The notes: a model not told the origin generated them from the sequence alone. 64,000 nucleotides of DNA from Burkholderiaceae bacterium (GCA_035498175.1 DATKAJ010000105.1:9482-73481), one strand, 5' to 3'. Counted from the stretch's first letter, positions 36,687 to 45,207 are shown. Numbers and translations: made by a program.

Positions 36687-37316
36687 ATGAAGCCTCTTGC
36701 CTCTGAACTTCTGGGTGCGTCGCGGGCGGCGATTCTCGCCACGCTGTTCCTTCGCCCTGAGCGAGAGCTCCATGCGCGGGAACTCGCGCGCGTCACGGGG
36801 GTGTCCATCGGAACCCTGATCCGCGAGCTTCGCACTCTCCACGCGTTGGGTCTGGTCAAGCGCCGGGAAGTCGGACGGCAAGTCTTTTTCTCCGCAGAGA
36901 CAGCCTCGCCGACGTTCGACGATCTTGCCAGCCTGCTGCGCAAGACCGTAGGCCTGGGGGATCGGCTGCGCGAGGCGCTGCTGCCTCTCGCGGAGAAGAT
37001 GGCGGTCGGATTCATCTATGGGTCGATGGCTGCCGGAACCGCGGGCCCCCACAGTGACGTGGATGTGATGGTCATCGGCGACGCTTCGTTTTCTGATGTC
37101 GCGCGCGCACTGCATCCGGCACAGTCGGCGCTCGGCCGGGAAATCAACCCAACCGTGATGAGCGCGGCCGAGTTCAAATCGCGGCGGCGGGCACGTGATG
37201 GGTTTGTGCAGGCGGTGATCAAGGGGCCGAAGATCTGGCTCTACGGGGGCGAGGATGAGTTTGCAGAACTTGTCAAAGATCGGCCAACTGCATCCGCACG
37301 AGGCGCGGGCCGATGA
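36687..37316 (+). CDS. wHTH + minimal nucleotidyltransferase (MNT-type antitoxin-like)
   Basis: N-terminal ArsR/MarR-like wHTH (LHARELARVTGVSIGTLIRELRTL), then the G-S...DxD NTase motif (YGSMAAGTAGPHSDVDVMVIG). Confidence 0.7.
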   Translation: MKPLASELLGASRAAILATLFLRPERELHARELARVTGVSIGTLIRELRTLHALGLVKRREVGRQVFFSAETASPTFDDLASLLRKTVGLGDRLREALLPLAEKMAVGFIYGSMAAGTAGPHSDVDVMVIGDASFSDVARALHPAQSALGREINPTVMSAAEFKSRRRARDGFVQAVIKGPKIWLYGGEDEFAELVKDRPTASARGAGR

Positions 37317-37698
37317 AGTCGCGCGATTGCTTGCCGCTGCGAATCGCAACCTGACGGACGCCCGCCGCGGCGAAAACAGCGCGGAGACGCGCTTCGATTG
37401 CGCTTACAAAGCGATCATGCAGTGTGCATTGATCGCGCTGATGGCGGCCGGATACCGGCCCGCGAGCAATGCTCCTGGCCATCATCAGACGATGATCCAG
37501 TCATTGCCGCTGACTCTCGGAATCAGCGATGCCACGTGGATCACCCTGGATGGGTTTCGCAAGAAACGAAACCAGAACGATTACTTGGGAGTGGCGATTT
37601 CCCAGGCGGAAGCCCAGGAGGTGATTGCTCAGGCGACGAGCCTGCTTGATGTCGTTCGGTCGCACTTGAAGTCACACCATCCGCGCGTGCTGGGATAA
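37255..37698 (+). CDS. HEPN-domain-like protein (toxin-like partner of the MNT)
   Basis: Helical bundle pattern AYKAIMQCALIALMAAGYRP...HH and FRKKRNQNDYLG (R..RN...Y). No canonical Rx4-6H His is seen. The start overlaps the MNT gene by up to 62 nt. Confidence 0.55.
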   Translation: MSLQNLSKIGQLHPHEARADEVARLLAAANRNLTDARRGENSAETRFDCAYKAIMQCALIALMAAGYRPASNAPGHHQTMIQSLPLTLGISDATWITLDGFRKKRNQNDYLGVAISQAEAQEVIAQATSLLDVVRSHLKSHHPRVLG

Positions 37699-37720
37699 CT
37701 CATCGCTCTGAGGAGATCAC

Positions 37721-37840
37721 GTGCTCAGTCTGGACGGCAAGGTCGCGCTGGTGACTGGTTGCAGCTCGATCGGCGCGGGCTGGGGTAACGGCAAGGCGAC
37801 TGCCGTCCTGCTTGCCAGGCAGGGCGCCAGCGTCTTCGGC
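37721..37840 (+). pseudogene. 5' remnant of a short-chain dehydrogenase gene
   Basis: GAGGAG SD plus GTG, then LSLDGKVALVTGCSSIGAGWGNGKATAVLLARQGASVFG (SDR Rossmann N-terminus). The frame then degenerates and runs into the 3' end of the converging LysR gene. Confidence 0.4.
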
Positions 37841-37929
37841 CGACGGGCGAGTTCGTCTGGGACGAGCAGATGGACGTGGGGCGCGGCGACGGGTCGCGCC
37901 CTGTGGACGCGAAGCCCGCCGCTGCGGCG

Positions 37930-38826
37930 CTACTCGCCGAATCGTCCCGCGCGCAGGCGCGGCACGGCCCAGTCGACGAACGCGCGCACGTTGGCCGAGA
38001 GCAGGCGGGCCTGCGGATAGACGACATGGATCGGGACGGCGGGCGGTTCGTACGCCTGCAGCACGCGCTTCAGCTTTCCCGCGGCAAGCAGCGCCTGCGC
38101 CTGGTAGCCGAGCAACTGGGCGGGCCCGACACCACGCAGGCAGGCGTCGATCCCGGCCTCGATCTGGTTGGTCACCAGCGCCGGCGTGATCGCCTGCTGA
38201 ACGGGGCGATCGCCGCCAAAGCTCCACAGGTTGCCGGCGCCGAGACCGGTGAAGTTCACGACACGATGTGACTCCAGGTCCTTGGGGTGCTTCGGCGTGC
38301 CGCAGCGTTTCAGGTAGGCGGGCGACGCGCAGACGACGCGGCGCGTCTCGCCGACGCGGACCGCGACCAGGCTCGAATCCGGCAGCTGGCCGATGCGCAC
38401 GCCGGCATCGATGCCTTCTTCGACGAGATCGATGACGCGATCGAGCAGCAGCAGTTCGATCTGCAGCGCCGGGTGCCTGAGCATGAACTCCGTGACGAGC
38501 GGCGCGACGTGCAGCCGACCGAACATCACCGGCGCGGTCAGGCGCAGCCGACCCTTGGGTTGGACGCGTCGCGCGGAGAGCGCGGCCTCGGCTTCATCGA
38601 TCTCGGCCAGCACGCGCCGGCAGCGCTCGAGGTAATCACGGCCTTCGTCGGTCAGTGACAGGCGCCGCGTCGTGCGGTTCAGCAGCCGGACGTCGAGCTC
38701 GGCCTCGAGCGCAGCCAGCGTGCGGACCACCGACGGCAGCGACATCGAAAGCGAGTCGGCCGCCGCGGTCAGGCTGCCGCTGTCGACGATGCGGACGAAG
38801 GTTTCCATCGCGCGCAGCTTGTCCAT
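37930..38826 (-). CDS. LysR family transcriptional regulator
   Basis: N-terminal HTH MDKLRAMETFVRIVDSGSLTAAADSLSMSLPSVVRTL; 298 aa. Confidence 0.9.
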   Translation of the reverse strand: MDKLRAMETFVRIVDSGSLTAAADSLSMSLPSVVRTLAALEAELDVRLLNRTTRRLSLTDEGRDYLERCRRVLAEIDEAEAALSARRVQPKGRLRLTAPVMFGRLHVAPLVTEFMLRHPALQIELLLLDRVIDLVEEGIDAGVRIGQLPDSSLVAVRVGETRRVVCASPAYLKRCGTPKHPKDLESHRVVNFTGLGAGNLWSFGGDRPVQQAITPALVTNQIEAGIDACLRGVGPAQLLGYQAQALLAAGKLKRVLQAYEPPAVPIHVVYPQARLLSANVRAFVDWAVPRLRAGRFGE

Positions 38827-38960
38827 GTGGTGACATTACTCCATTTGACACAGTAATTTCCTGCTGCGTGCGGCATTTATTTACGCCTGAGAAGCAATCA
38901 AGCTTCGCTCCCTGCTGCCGTCGAACCGGCGCTGCCGATCCCCAACTGAAGGAACTCACC

Positions 38961-39515
38961 ATGTCACGCATCCCAGCCATCGATCCCAAAACCGCCAGCG
39001 GCGCCGCAAAGCCTCTGCTCGACGCTGTGCAGTCCGCGCTCGGTGTCACGCCGAATCTGTTTCGCGTGCTGGCGCAATCGCCGAAGGCTCTCGAAGGCTT
39101 CCTCGGCCTGTACGGCGCGGCGGCCGGCTTCACGCTCGACAAGGCGACGCAGGAGCGCATCGCGCTCGCGGTCGCGGAATCCAACGCCTGCGACTACTGC
39201 CTCGCCGCGCATACCGCGATCGGGCGGGGCGCGGGACTCTCGAGCGAGGAAGTGCGGCTCAACCGCCGTGGCACGTCCGCCGATTCCCGCGCGGCCGCGT
39301 TCGTCGCGCTCGCGAAGGCCGTCAACGACAAGGTCGGAGCCGTAAGCGAAGCCGAGTTCGACGCCGCCCGCGCCTCCGGCATCTCGGATGCGGAGATGGT
39401 CGAGGTCGTCGCCGCGGTCGCGATCAACGTGTTCACGAATGCGCTGAACAAGCTTGCGCGCACCGACATCGACTTCCCGCGTGTCGCGCCGCTCGCGGCG
39501 CTGCGCGCGGCCTGA
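38961..39515 (+). CDS. carboxymuconolactone decarboxylase/AhpD-like family protein
   Basis: ESNACDYCLAAH CxxC motif. Divergent from the LysR gene. Confidence 0.8.
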   Translation: MSRIPAIDPKTASGAAKPLLDAVQSALGVTPNLFRVLAQSPKALEGFLGLYGAAAGFTLDKATQERIALAVAESNACDYCLAAHTAIGRGAGLSSEEVRLNRRGTSADSRAAAFVALAKAVNDKVGAVSEAEFDAARASGISDAEMVEVVAAVAINVFTNALNKLARTDIDFPRVAPLAALRAA

Positions 39516-39573
39516 ACTCCGCACTCACGGCCGGCCCGAGCGGCCGGCCGTCGCAACTCTCCCGGAGGCAACG

Positions 39574-40131
39574 ATGAGCCAATTCGCCGACATCGCATTC
39601 ACGCCCGCGGTGCAGGAACTGCAGCAGCGCCACGGCTCGCGCGCGCAGTACGCACGCCTGCAGCAGCGCGCGCGGGATGACGCCGAGCTAAGTTCGCTCG
39701 AAGCCGGGTTCCTGGCGGACGCCGACAGCTTCTTCCTCGCGACCGTCAGCGAGACCGGCTGGCCCTATGTGCAGCATCGCGGCGGTCCACGCGGCTTCGT
39801 GAAGATCGTCTCGCCGGGCCGGATCGCCTTCGCGGACTTTCGCGGCAACCGCCAGTACGTCAGCGCCGGCAATGTGGTTCACAACGATCGCGCGGCGCTG
39901 ATCTTCGTCGACTACGCCGAGCGCCGGCGGCTGAAGCTGTTCGGCCACCTGCGATTCATCGACGTGGCCGATGCCGCCCCCGCACTGCTACGCCAGGTCG
40001 AGCTGCCCGGATACCGCGCGCACATCGAGTGGGTCGCGCTCATCGACGTCGTGGCGTTCGACTGGAACTGTCCGCAGCACATCCCGCAGCGGTTCGCGCT
40101 CGAGGACGTCGCCGCCGCGAGCGCGCGCTGA
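39574..40131 (+). CDS. pyridoxamine 5'-phosphate oxidase family protein
   Basis: FFLATVSETGWPYVQHRGGPRGF...FADFRGNRQYVSAGN pattern. Confidence 0.75.
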   Translation: MSQFADIAFTPAVQELQQRHGSRAQYARLQQRARDDAELSSLEAGFLADADSFFLATVSETGWPYVQHRGGPRGFVKIVSPGRIAFADFRGNRQYVSAGNVVHNDRAALIFVDYAERRRLKLFGHLRFIDVADAAPALLRQVELPGYRAHIEWVALIDVVAFDWNCPQHIPQRFALEDVAAASAR

Positions 40132-40262
40132 CGCGCACCAGAAGCCGATCAATGGAGCCCATGAGCCCGGGCTTGGCCGCTGCGTCTCGCGCTTCTTTCT
40201 GGGGCACGCTGCCGGCTTCCGGTTCTGCTAAAGTAAGGAATCCTTGTTTCCTTGTATTCGCC

Positions 40263-40583
40263 ATGCTCGCCAAGATCACCTCGAAGAACCAGCTCACCCT
40301 GCCCAAGGCCGCGGTGCAGGCAGTGGGGGCTGCGGAGTATTTCGATGTCACCGTGCGCGCAGGGCAGATCGTGCTGACGCCGGTGCGCATCCAGCGCGGC
40401 GAGGCGGTGCGCGCCAAGCTGGCCGAGCTCGGCCTGGCCGAGGCCGACGTGGGGGACGCCGTGCGCTGGGCACGGTCGGCGCCGGCAGGAAAAGCAGCGC
40501 CCAAGGCAGCTGAGCCCGCCGCGGGATATAAGGCGCGCGGCGCCACACCGGCGAAGGGCAAAAAGCCTGCGCGCCGCGCATGA
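40263..40583 (+). CDS. AbrB/MazE/SpoVT-family antitoxin
   Basis: MLAKITSKNQLTLPKAAV swapped-hairpin motif. 4-nt overlap with the PIN gene. Confidence 0.7.
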   Translation: MLAKITSKNQLTLPKAAVQAVGAAEYFDVTVRAGQIVLTPVRIQRGEAVRAKLAELGLAEADVGDAVRWARSAPAGKAAPKAAEPAAGYKARGATPAKGKKPARRA

Positions 40584-41017
40584 CGGCCAAGGCGCCGCCG
40601 CGCGTGGTGCTGGACACCAACGTTGTGTTGTCGGCGCTGCTGTTCGGCGCTGGGCCGGCGGCACGCCTACGTGCGGGCTGGCAGTCCGGGCGCTTCGTGC
40701 CCCTGGCAAGCAGGGCCACGGCGCAGGAACTGGTGCGGGTGCTCGGCTACCCGAAGTTCAAGTTGTCCGCCGCCGAGCAGGAGGAACTGCTCGCAGATCT
40801 CATGCCTTGGGTCGAGGTCGTACGCCTTCCCGATCCGCCGCCGGTCGCGCCCGCTTGCCGCGACCCGTTCGACCTACCGTTCCTGCACCTGGCCATTGCC
40901 GGCCGCGCGCGGGCACTCGTGTCGGGCGACCGCGATTTACTCGCGCTGGCCGGCACGCCGAGGCTATGCCCGGTGCTCGGCATCGACGCCTTCTGCCGGC
41001 AGTTCCTGGGCGACTGA
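40580..41017 (+). CDS. PIN-domain toxin (VapC-like)
   Basis: VVLDTNVVLSALL, DPFDLPFLHLA and ALVSGDRDLL acidic-residue pattern. Confidence 0.75.
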   Translation: MTAKAPPRVVLDTNVVLSALLFGAGPAARLRAGWQSGRFVPLASRATAQELVRVLGYPKFKLSAAEQEELLADLMPWVEVVRLPDPPPVAPACRDPFDLPFLHLAIAGRARALVSGDRDLLALAGTPRLCPVLGIDAFCRQFLGD

Positions 41018-41255
41018 CGGGCGCCGCGATGAACGCCCCTCTTCGTCCGGAAGTCCGAGTCCTGGTGCAGTGTGCGTCGCGACGGACCTTCTCCGCGCAG
41101 GTGCCCATGGCACCCGAGGGCCGAGGCCGAAGGCGCGCTTTCTCAGGAGCGGGCCGAGGCACGCTTGGCCAAATGGGTCGAAGTAGGATGGTCGCCGGAG
41201 GCGATTTAGGAGACTGTACGAAGACCTTCGCTCACAACCGGACGATCGCAGCCTG

Positions 41256-41849
41256 ATGCGCTTCGAAGGCAAGCTCGAGAAGTGGAACGAAGACCGCGGG
41301 TTCGGGTTCATCATGCCCACGCGGGGTGGCGACACGGTGTTCGTGCACATCTCCGCGTTCCCGCGCGACAGCGGGCGGCCGAAGGTGGGCGAGCCGTTGT
41401 CGTTCGAGGTGGAGCCCGCAGGAGACGGCAGGCGGCGCGCGATCAACGTGCAGCGGCCCGGACAGCGGCCGGTATCGCGGCCGTCGGCGGTCACTCGGGA
41501 TGCGCCACCCAATGTGCGTGAAGGCCGCGGCGGGTCGGGCTTCCTCGGCCGCCTGATCCCGGTCGTGCTCGTGGCCGCGCTCGGCGTGTACGGCTACACG
41601 GTTTACTCCGACAAGCGCGCGCAGGCCACGAGGGCGGTCGCGGACGAGGCGCCCGCCGCGCCGGCGGCGCTGCCCGTTGCGCCCGCTGCAAGCCCATACC
41701 GGTGCGACGGCCGCACGCATTGCTCGCAGATGACCTCGTGCGAAGAAGCGATCTTCTTCCTCCGCAACTGCCCCAACGCGCAGATGGACGGCGACGGCAA
41801 CGGCATCCCGTGCGAGCGCCAGTGGTGCAAGGGGCCGTCGCGCCGCTGA
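41256..41849 (+). CDS. cold-shock domain - TM - Excalibur domain protein
   Basis: GKLEKWNEDRGFGFI...VFVHISAF (CSD). TM span LIPVVLVAALGVYGYTVY. C-terminal CSQMTSCEEAIFFLRNCPNAQMDGDGNGIPCE (Excalibur). Confidence 0.8.
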   Translation: MRFEGKLEKWNEDRGFGFIMPTRGGDTVFVHISAFPRDSGRPKVGEPLSFEVEPAGDGRRRAINVQRPGQRPVSRPSAVTRDAPPNVREGRGGSGFLGRLIPVVLVAALGVYGYTVYSDKRAQATRAVADEAPAAPAALPVAPAASPYRCDGRTHCSQMTSCEEAIFFLRNCPNAQMDGDGNGIPCERQWCKGPSRR

Positions 41850-41933
41850 CTCAGGACGGGCGCGCAGCGGGCCCGGCTTCACGACCCGCACCACAAGCGG
41901 CGGCGCCGCAGCCAACGGTCACCGCCGGCAGTC

Positions 41934-42571
41934 TCAACCGCTATCAGCAGGCGGACTGGTGCCATCGAGAGTGATGATGGCACCGACCAGTTTCGAGGCC
42001 GACACAAGCGCTGGCCCTCCGGCGGCAACCGCCGCGATGTTCGCCGCCGCGATGGCCATGCCGCCCACATTCCATATCGCTTCTTGAATTTCTTGTAGGT
42101 CTGCTGGGTCCAGAGGACGGTTCCGCCCCTTGGCACCGAGCACACCTCCTCGATGGCATTGTTCACATGCCGCATGAACGTCGCCTCGGCAAAATGCGGC
42201 CATTCACGCAGCAGCTTGCTGTCCTGGAAGGCGGTCAGCAAATCGTCGGCCGCCCCCTCGGTGAGCTTGAAGGCGCCGAGCAGCCCGCGCTCGAATTTCA
42301 GAATCGTTTCGATGTCGGCTCGGATGACGTCGATCGACACCTTTCCGCCCTTCAGCTCCTTTTCTACGTCACCCGCCAGCGCCTTGAACAGGCCGCGCCG
42401 GTTGATCTCGCGCAGAGCCTCGCACAGGTCGGACGCCATCAGCGCCACGTCACCTGCTTTCTGTGCATCCGAGCGTTTTGGGTCCTGCAAATTGTGCGCG
42501 ACCTGATTGAGTCGACCGAAGAGCCGGTTCGCTTCATCGCGCAACCATTCGACGTCCTGCTCGAGTCCCAT
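41934..42571 (-). pseudogene. hypothetical protein with an apparent frameshift near 42066-42085
   Basis: The frame of ORF 41879-42571 has coding-like codons down to ...KKFKKR, then turns Arg-rich. The frame of ORF 41934-42203 becomes GC3-rich from GGMAIAAANIAAVAAGG onward. Confidence 0.4.
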
Positions 42572-42583
42572 GGTTTGCTCCAG

Positions 42584-44149
42584 TCAGTGCGGGGCGATAT
42601 GTTCGGCGAAATACCGCTGCAGCAACCCGGCCTGCAACCGCGTGCCGGCGAGGCCGATGTACCCGTCCGGCCGCAGCAGAAAGTAGCTCGGCCCGCGAAT
42701 GCCCGCGCGCGCGAGCGCGGCGATGGTGGCGGGAACGTTCGGAATCTCGAGGACGCTGATCGGCAGCCCGGACGGGACCTCTTCGGCCGACTGGTCGATG
42801 AGGATCAGCGTGAACCGCGTGTCGTCGAGCTTCACGAACAGATCCTCGGCCGGCGCATTCGGTGTGAAGCTGAGCTTCATCCACGGGAAGCGATCGCCGG
42901 CGCGCGGCGAATCGTCGGGCAGGCCGGCATTCGTCTGCGAGACCGGGCTCTGCCGATAGTTGATGCCCAGTTGCGAGATCGCGCCGAAGGCGGCCTTGCG
43001 CGCGGCGTCGAAGCGCATCGCGAGTGCAGGGACGTGTGCGATCACGCGCGTACGCAGGATCGTGCTCACCCAGTTGTCGGACACGGCGAACGAGAACAGG
43101 CGGTCAGTGGTCGCGAGCAGACGCTCGGCCACCGGCTCGCGCTCGGCGGCGTAGCTGTCGAGCAGCTTGTCGCCCGCCTTGCCGTTGAGGACGTACGCAA
43201 GCTTCCACGCGAGGTTGTAGGCGTCCTGCAGGCCGGTGTTCATGCCCTGCGCGCCGACCGGGCTGTGGATGTGCGCGGCGTCGCCGAGCACGAAGCAGCG
43301 GCCGGCCCGGAAGGGCGCTGCCTTGCGGTGGTGGATGCGATAAGTGGAAAACCAGCGGCACTCGCCGAACGCCAGGTCCTGCACCGCCTGCGCACGCAGC
43401 CTCGGCACCAGTTGCTCGAACGTCAGGCCGTCACGCTCGCGCAGGTCTTCCGGCAGGATGCCGACCAGGCGCCAGTGGTCCTGCCTGCGCATCGGAAAGA
43501 ACAGGTGAAAGCCGTCGACGAGCAGGAAGATGTTGATCTCGTCGGGCGTCATCGCCCCGGTGACGGTGACGTCAGCGACGAAGAACACGTGCTCGTAAGG
43601 CGCACCGGGAAAGGCGATGCGGTTGAGCTCGCGCACCGCGCTCTTGGCGCCGTCGCAGCCGGCGACGTAGCGCGCGGTGACGACCTGCTCGCCGCCCGGC
43701 GTACGGATCGTGGCGCGCACGCCGTCGGGCTGCGGGTAGAGCGCGCTCAGCTCGTGCTGCCACTGCACGTCGCGCCCGTGGGTGCGCAGCGCGTCGCCGA
43801 GGAGTTTCTCGTTGTCGTCCTGGCCGAGGATCAGCAGGAACGGATACGCGGAAAGGTTGCGTCCGATGTCGCCGAGCGGGATGCGCACGGTGCGCCGCCC
43901 GCGCGCCCACATGTTGGCGCCGGTGGCGACCTTGCCGAGCGCCAGCGCGCGCTCCATCAGCCCGAGGTGGGCGTAGATCTCCATCGTGCGCGCCTGCACG
44001 CCGAGCGCGCGCGACTCGCGCGCCGGGCCGGCATGGCGGTCGATGATCAGCGCATCGGTGCCGTGGCGCGCGAGCTGGTTGGCGAGCATCAGCCCGCTCG
44101 GGCCGGCACCGACGATCAGGACGTCGCACTGCGCGGGCAGGGCTGCCAT
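42584..44149 (-). CDS. FAD-dependent aromatic-ring monooxygenase (PheA/TfdB-like)
   Basis: DVLIVGAGPSGL, the DG fingerprint CDGAKSAVR and GDAAHIHSPVGAQGMNTGLQDA motifs. Confidence 0.85.
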   Translation of the reverse strand: MAALPAQCDVLIVGAGPSGLMLANQLARHGTDALIIDRHAGPARESRALGVQARTMEIYAHLGLMERALALGKVATGANMWARGRRTVRIPLGDIGRNLSAYPFLLILGQDDNEKLLGDALRTHGRDVQWQHELSALYPQPDGVRATIRTPGGEQVVTARYVAGCDGAKSAVRELNRIAFPGAPYEHVFFVADVTVTGAMTPDEINIFLLVDGFHLFFPMRRQDHWRLVGILPEDLRERDGLTFEQLVPRLRAQAVQDLAFGECRWFSTYRIHHRKAAPFRAGRCFVLGDAAHIHSPVGAQGMNTGLQDAYNLAWKLAYVLNGKAGDKLLDSYAAEREPVAERLLATTDRLFSFAVSDNWVSTILRTRVIAHVPALAMRFDAARKAAFGAISQLGINYRQSPVSQTNAGLPDDSPRAGDRFPWMKLSFTPNAPAEDLFVKLDDTRFTLILIDQSAEEVPSGLPISVLEIPNVPATIAALARAGIRGPSYFLLRPDGYIGLAGTRLQAGLLQRYFAEHIAPH

Positions 44150-44349
44150 GGCGGACTCCCGGGTGCGCTGCGGTGGCAGATTGTGATCTCAGACCAGCGC
44201 GGATGGGACTCGCTGCATGCCCGGGCGATTATCGGGAAGTCCATCCTTTCCCTTGGGCTATTTTAGGAAACGGGCTTATCGTGAAATAAGGGCGTTCGTT
44301 ATTTCAGGATTCCTCGCCCATGCTCCGCCCACCGCCCGGCCGTTAGGCG

Positions 44350-45207
44350 ATGATCGAGTGCTTTTCGGCGCTGCGCGAGCGTTGGCGCAACGACATCAGC
44401 GAGTCGCTCGAGTTTCTCGACATCGGCACCGGCGTCGCCACCGGCACGGTGACGCTGTGCACGCTGGGCAGTGAGCAGGTGCGCGAATTCACCGCGGTCG
44501 GCCGTGCGGTCAACCTCGCTTCGGTGCTGGTGCACAACGCGCGTAAAGGCAAGCAGCTGCTGACGGACCACCAGACCTTCCGCAACGCGGCCGCGGTGAT
44601 CGAGCAGTGGAAGGAGCCGTTCAAGATTCAGATCGAGAGCGTCGGCGAAAGCGGCCCCGATTACGATGTCTATCAGGTCTTGCGGCTGCGGGCTGATGGC
44701 ACGGAACCGTCGCCGGCGGCAGCGCCGTCGACGCCGGTCGCTCCGCCGATGCCGGCCTCGCGGCCACAGGTCTTCATCAGCTACGCGCACGCGGACCGCG
44801 ACTGGCTGGACCAGCTGCACACGCACCTGCGCCCGTTCTTGAAGCGCGAGGACTTCGAGCTGTGGGACGACACGCGCATCGCGGCCGGGCAGATGTGGCG
44901 CAGCGAGATCGAGACCGCGCTCGCCCATGCGGGCGCCGCGGTGCTGCCGGTGACGCCGAAGTTCCTGTCGTCGGAGTTCATAGACCGGCACGAGCTGCCG
45001 CCGCTGTTCGAGGCGGCGCGCAAGCGCGGCCTGCGCATTTTCTGGCTGCCGGTATCGGCCTCGGCATACGAAGTGACCGAAATTGCCGGCTTCCAGGCGC
45101 TGCACGATCCGCGCACGCCGCTGGACCAGATCGGCCCCGCCGAGCGCAACGCGGCGCTGGTGGAGGTGTGCCGGCAGATCGCCGGGGCGCTGAAGAGGAG
45201 CGGCTAG
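44350..45207 (+). CDS. truncated class III cyclase-homology remnant fused to a TIR domain
   Basis: DIGTGVATGTVTLCTLGSEQVREFTAVGRAVNLASVL is the C-terminal half of a nucleotidyl cyclase fold, with Arg of VNxAxR replaced by Val. In-frame TAG at 44344-44346. Pro-rich linker. TIR: VFISYAHADRDWLDQLHTHL...WDDTRIAAGQMW...FIDRHELPPLF. Confidence 0.75.
   Translation: MIECFSALRERWRNDISESLEFLDIGTGVATGTVTLCTLGSEQVREFTAVGRAVNLASVLVHNARKGKQLLTDHQTFRNAAAVIEQWKEPFKIQIESVGESGPDYDVYQVLRLRADGTEPSPAAAPSTPVAPPMPASRPQVFISYAHADRDWLDQLHTHLRPFLKREDFELWDDTRIAAGQMWRSEIETALAHAGAAVLPVTPKFLSSEFIDRHELPPLFEAARKRGLRIFWLPVSASAYEVTEIAGFQALHDPRTPLDQIGPAERNAALVEVCRQIAGALKRSG

Noticed and set aside
33813-42571. Whole stretch as a discrete mobile genomic island or prophage.
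   Set aside because: I recognised no integrase, transposase, tRNA attachment site or flanking direct repeats. Housekeeping-type genes (LysR, AhpD-like, PNPOx) are interspersed. It is better described as a patchwork of defence and toxin-antitoxin remnants.
42167-44266. 699-aa plus-strand ORF.
   Set aside because: It is antisense to the FAD monooxygenase (GxGxxG and GDAAH motifs on the minus strand) and has junk-like composition.
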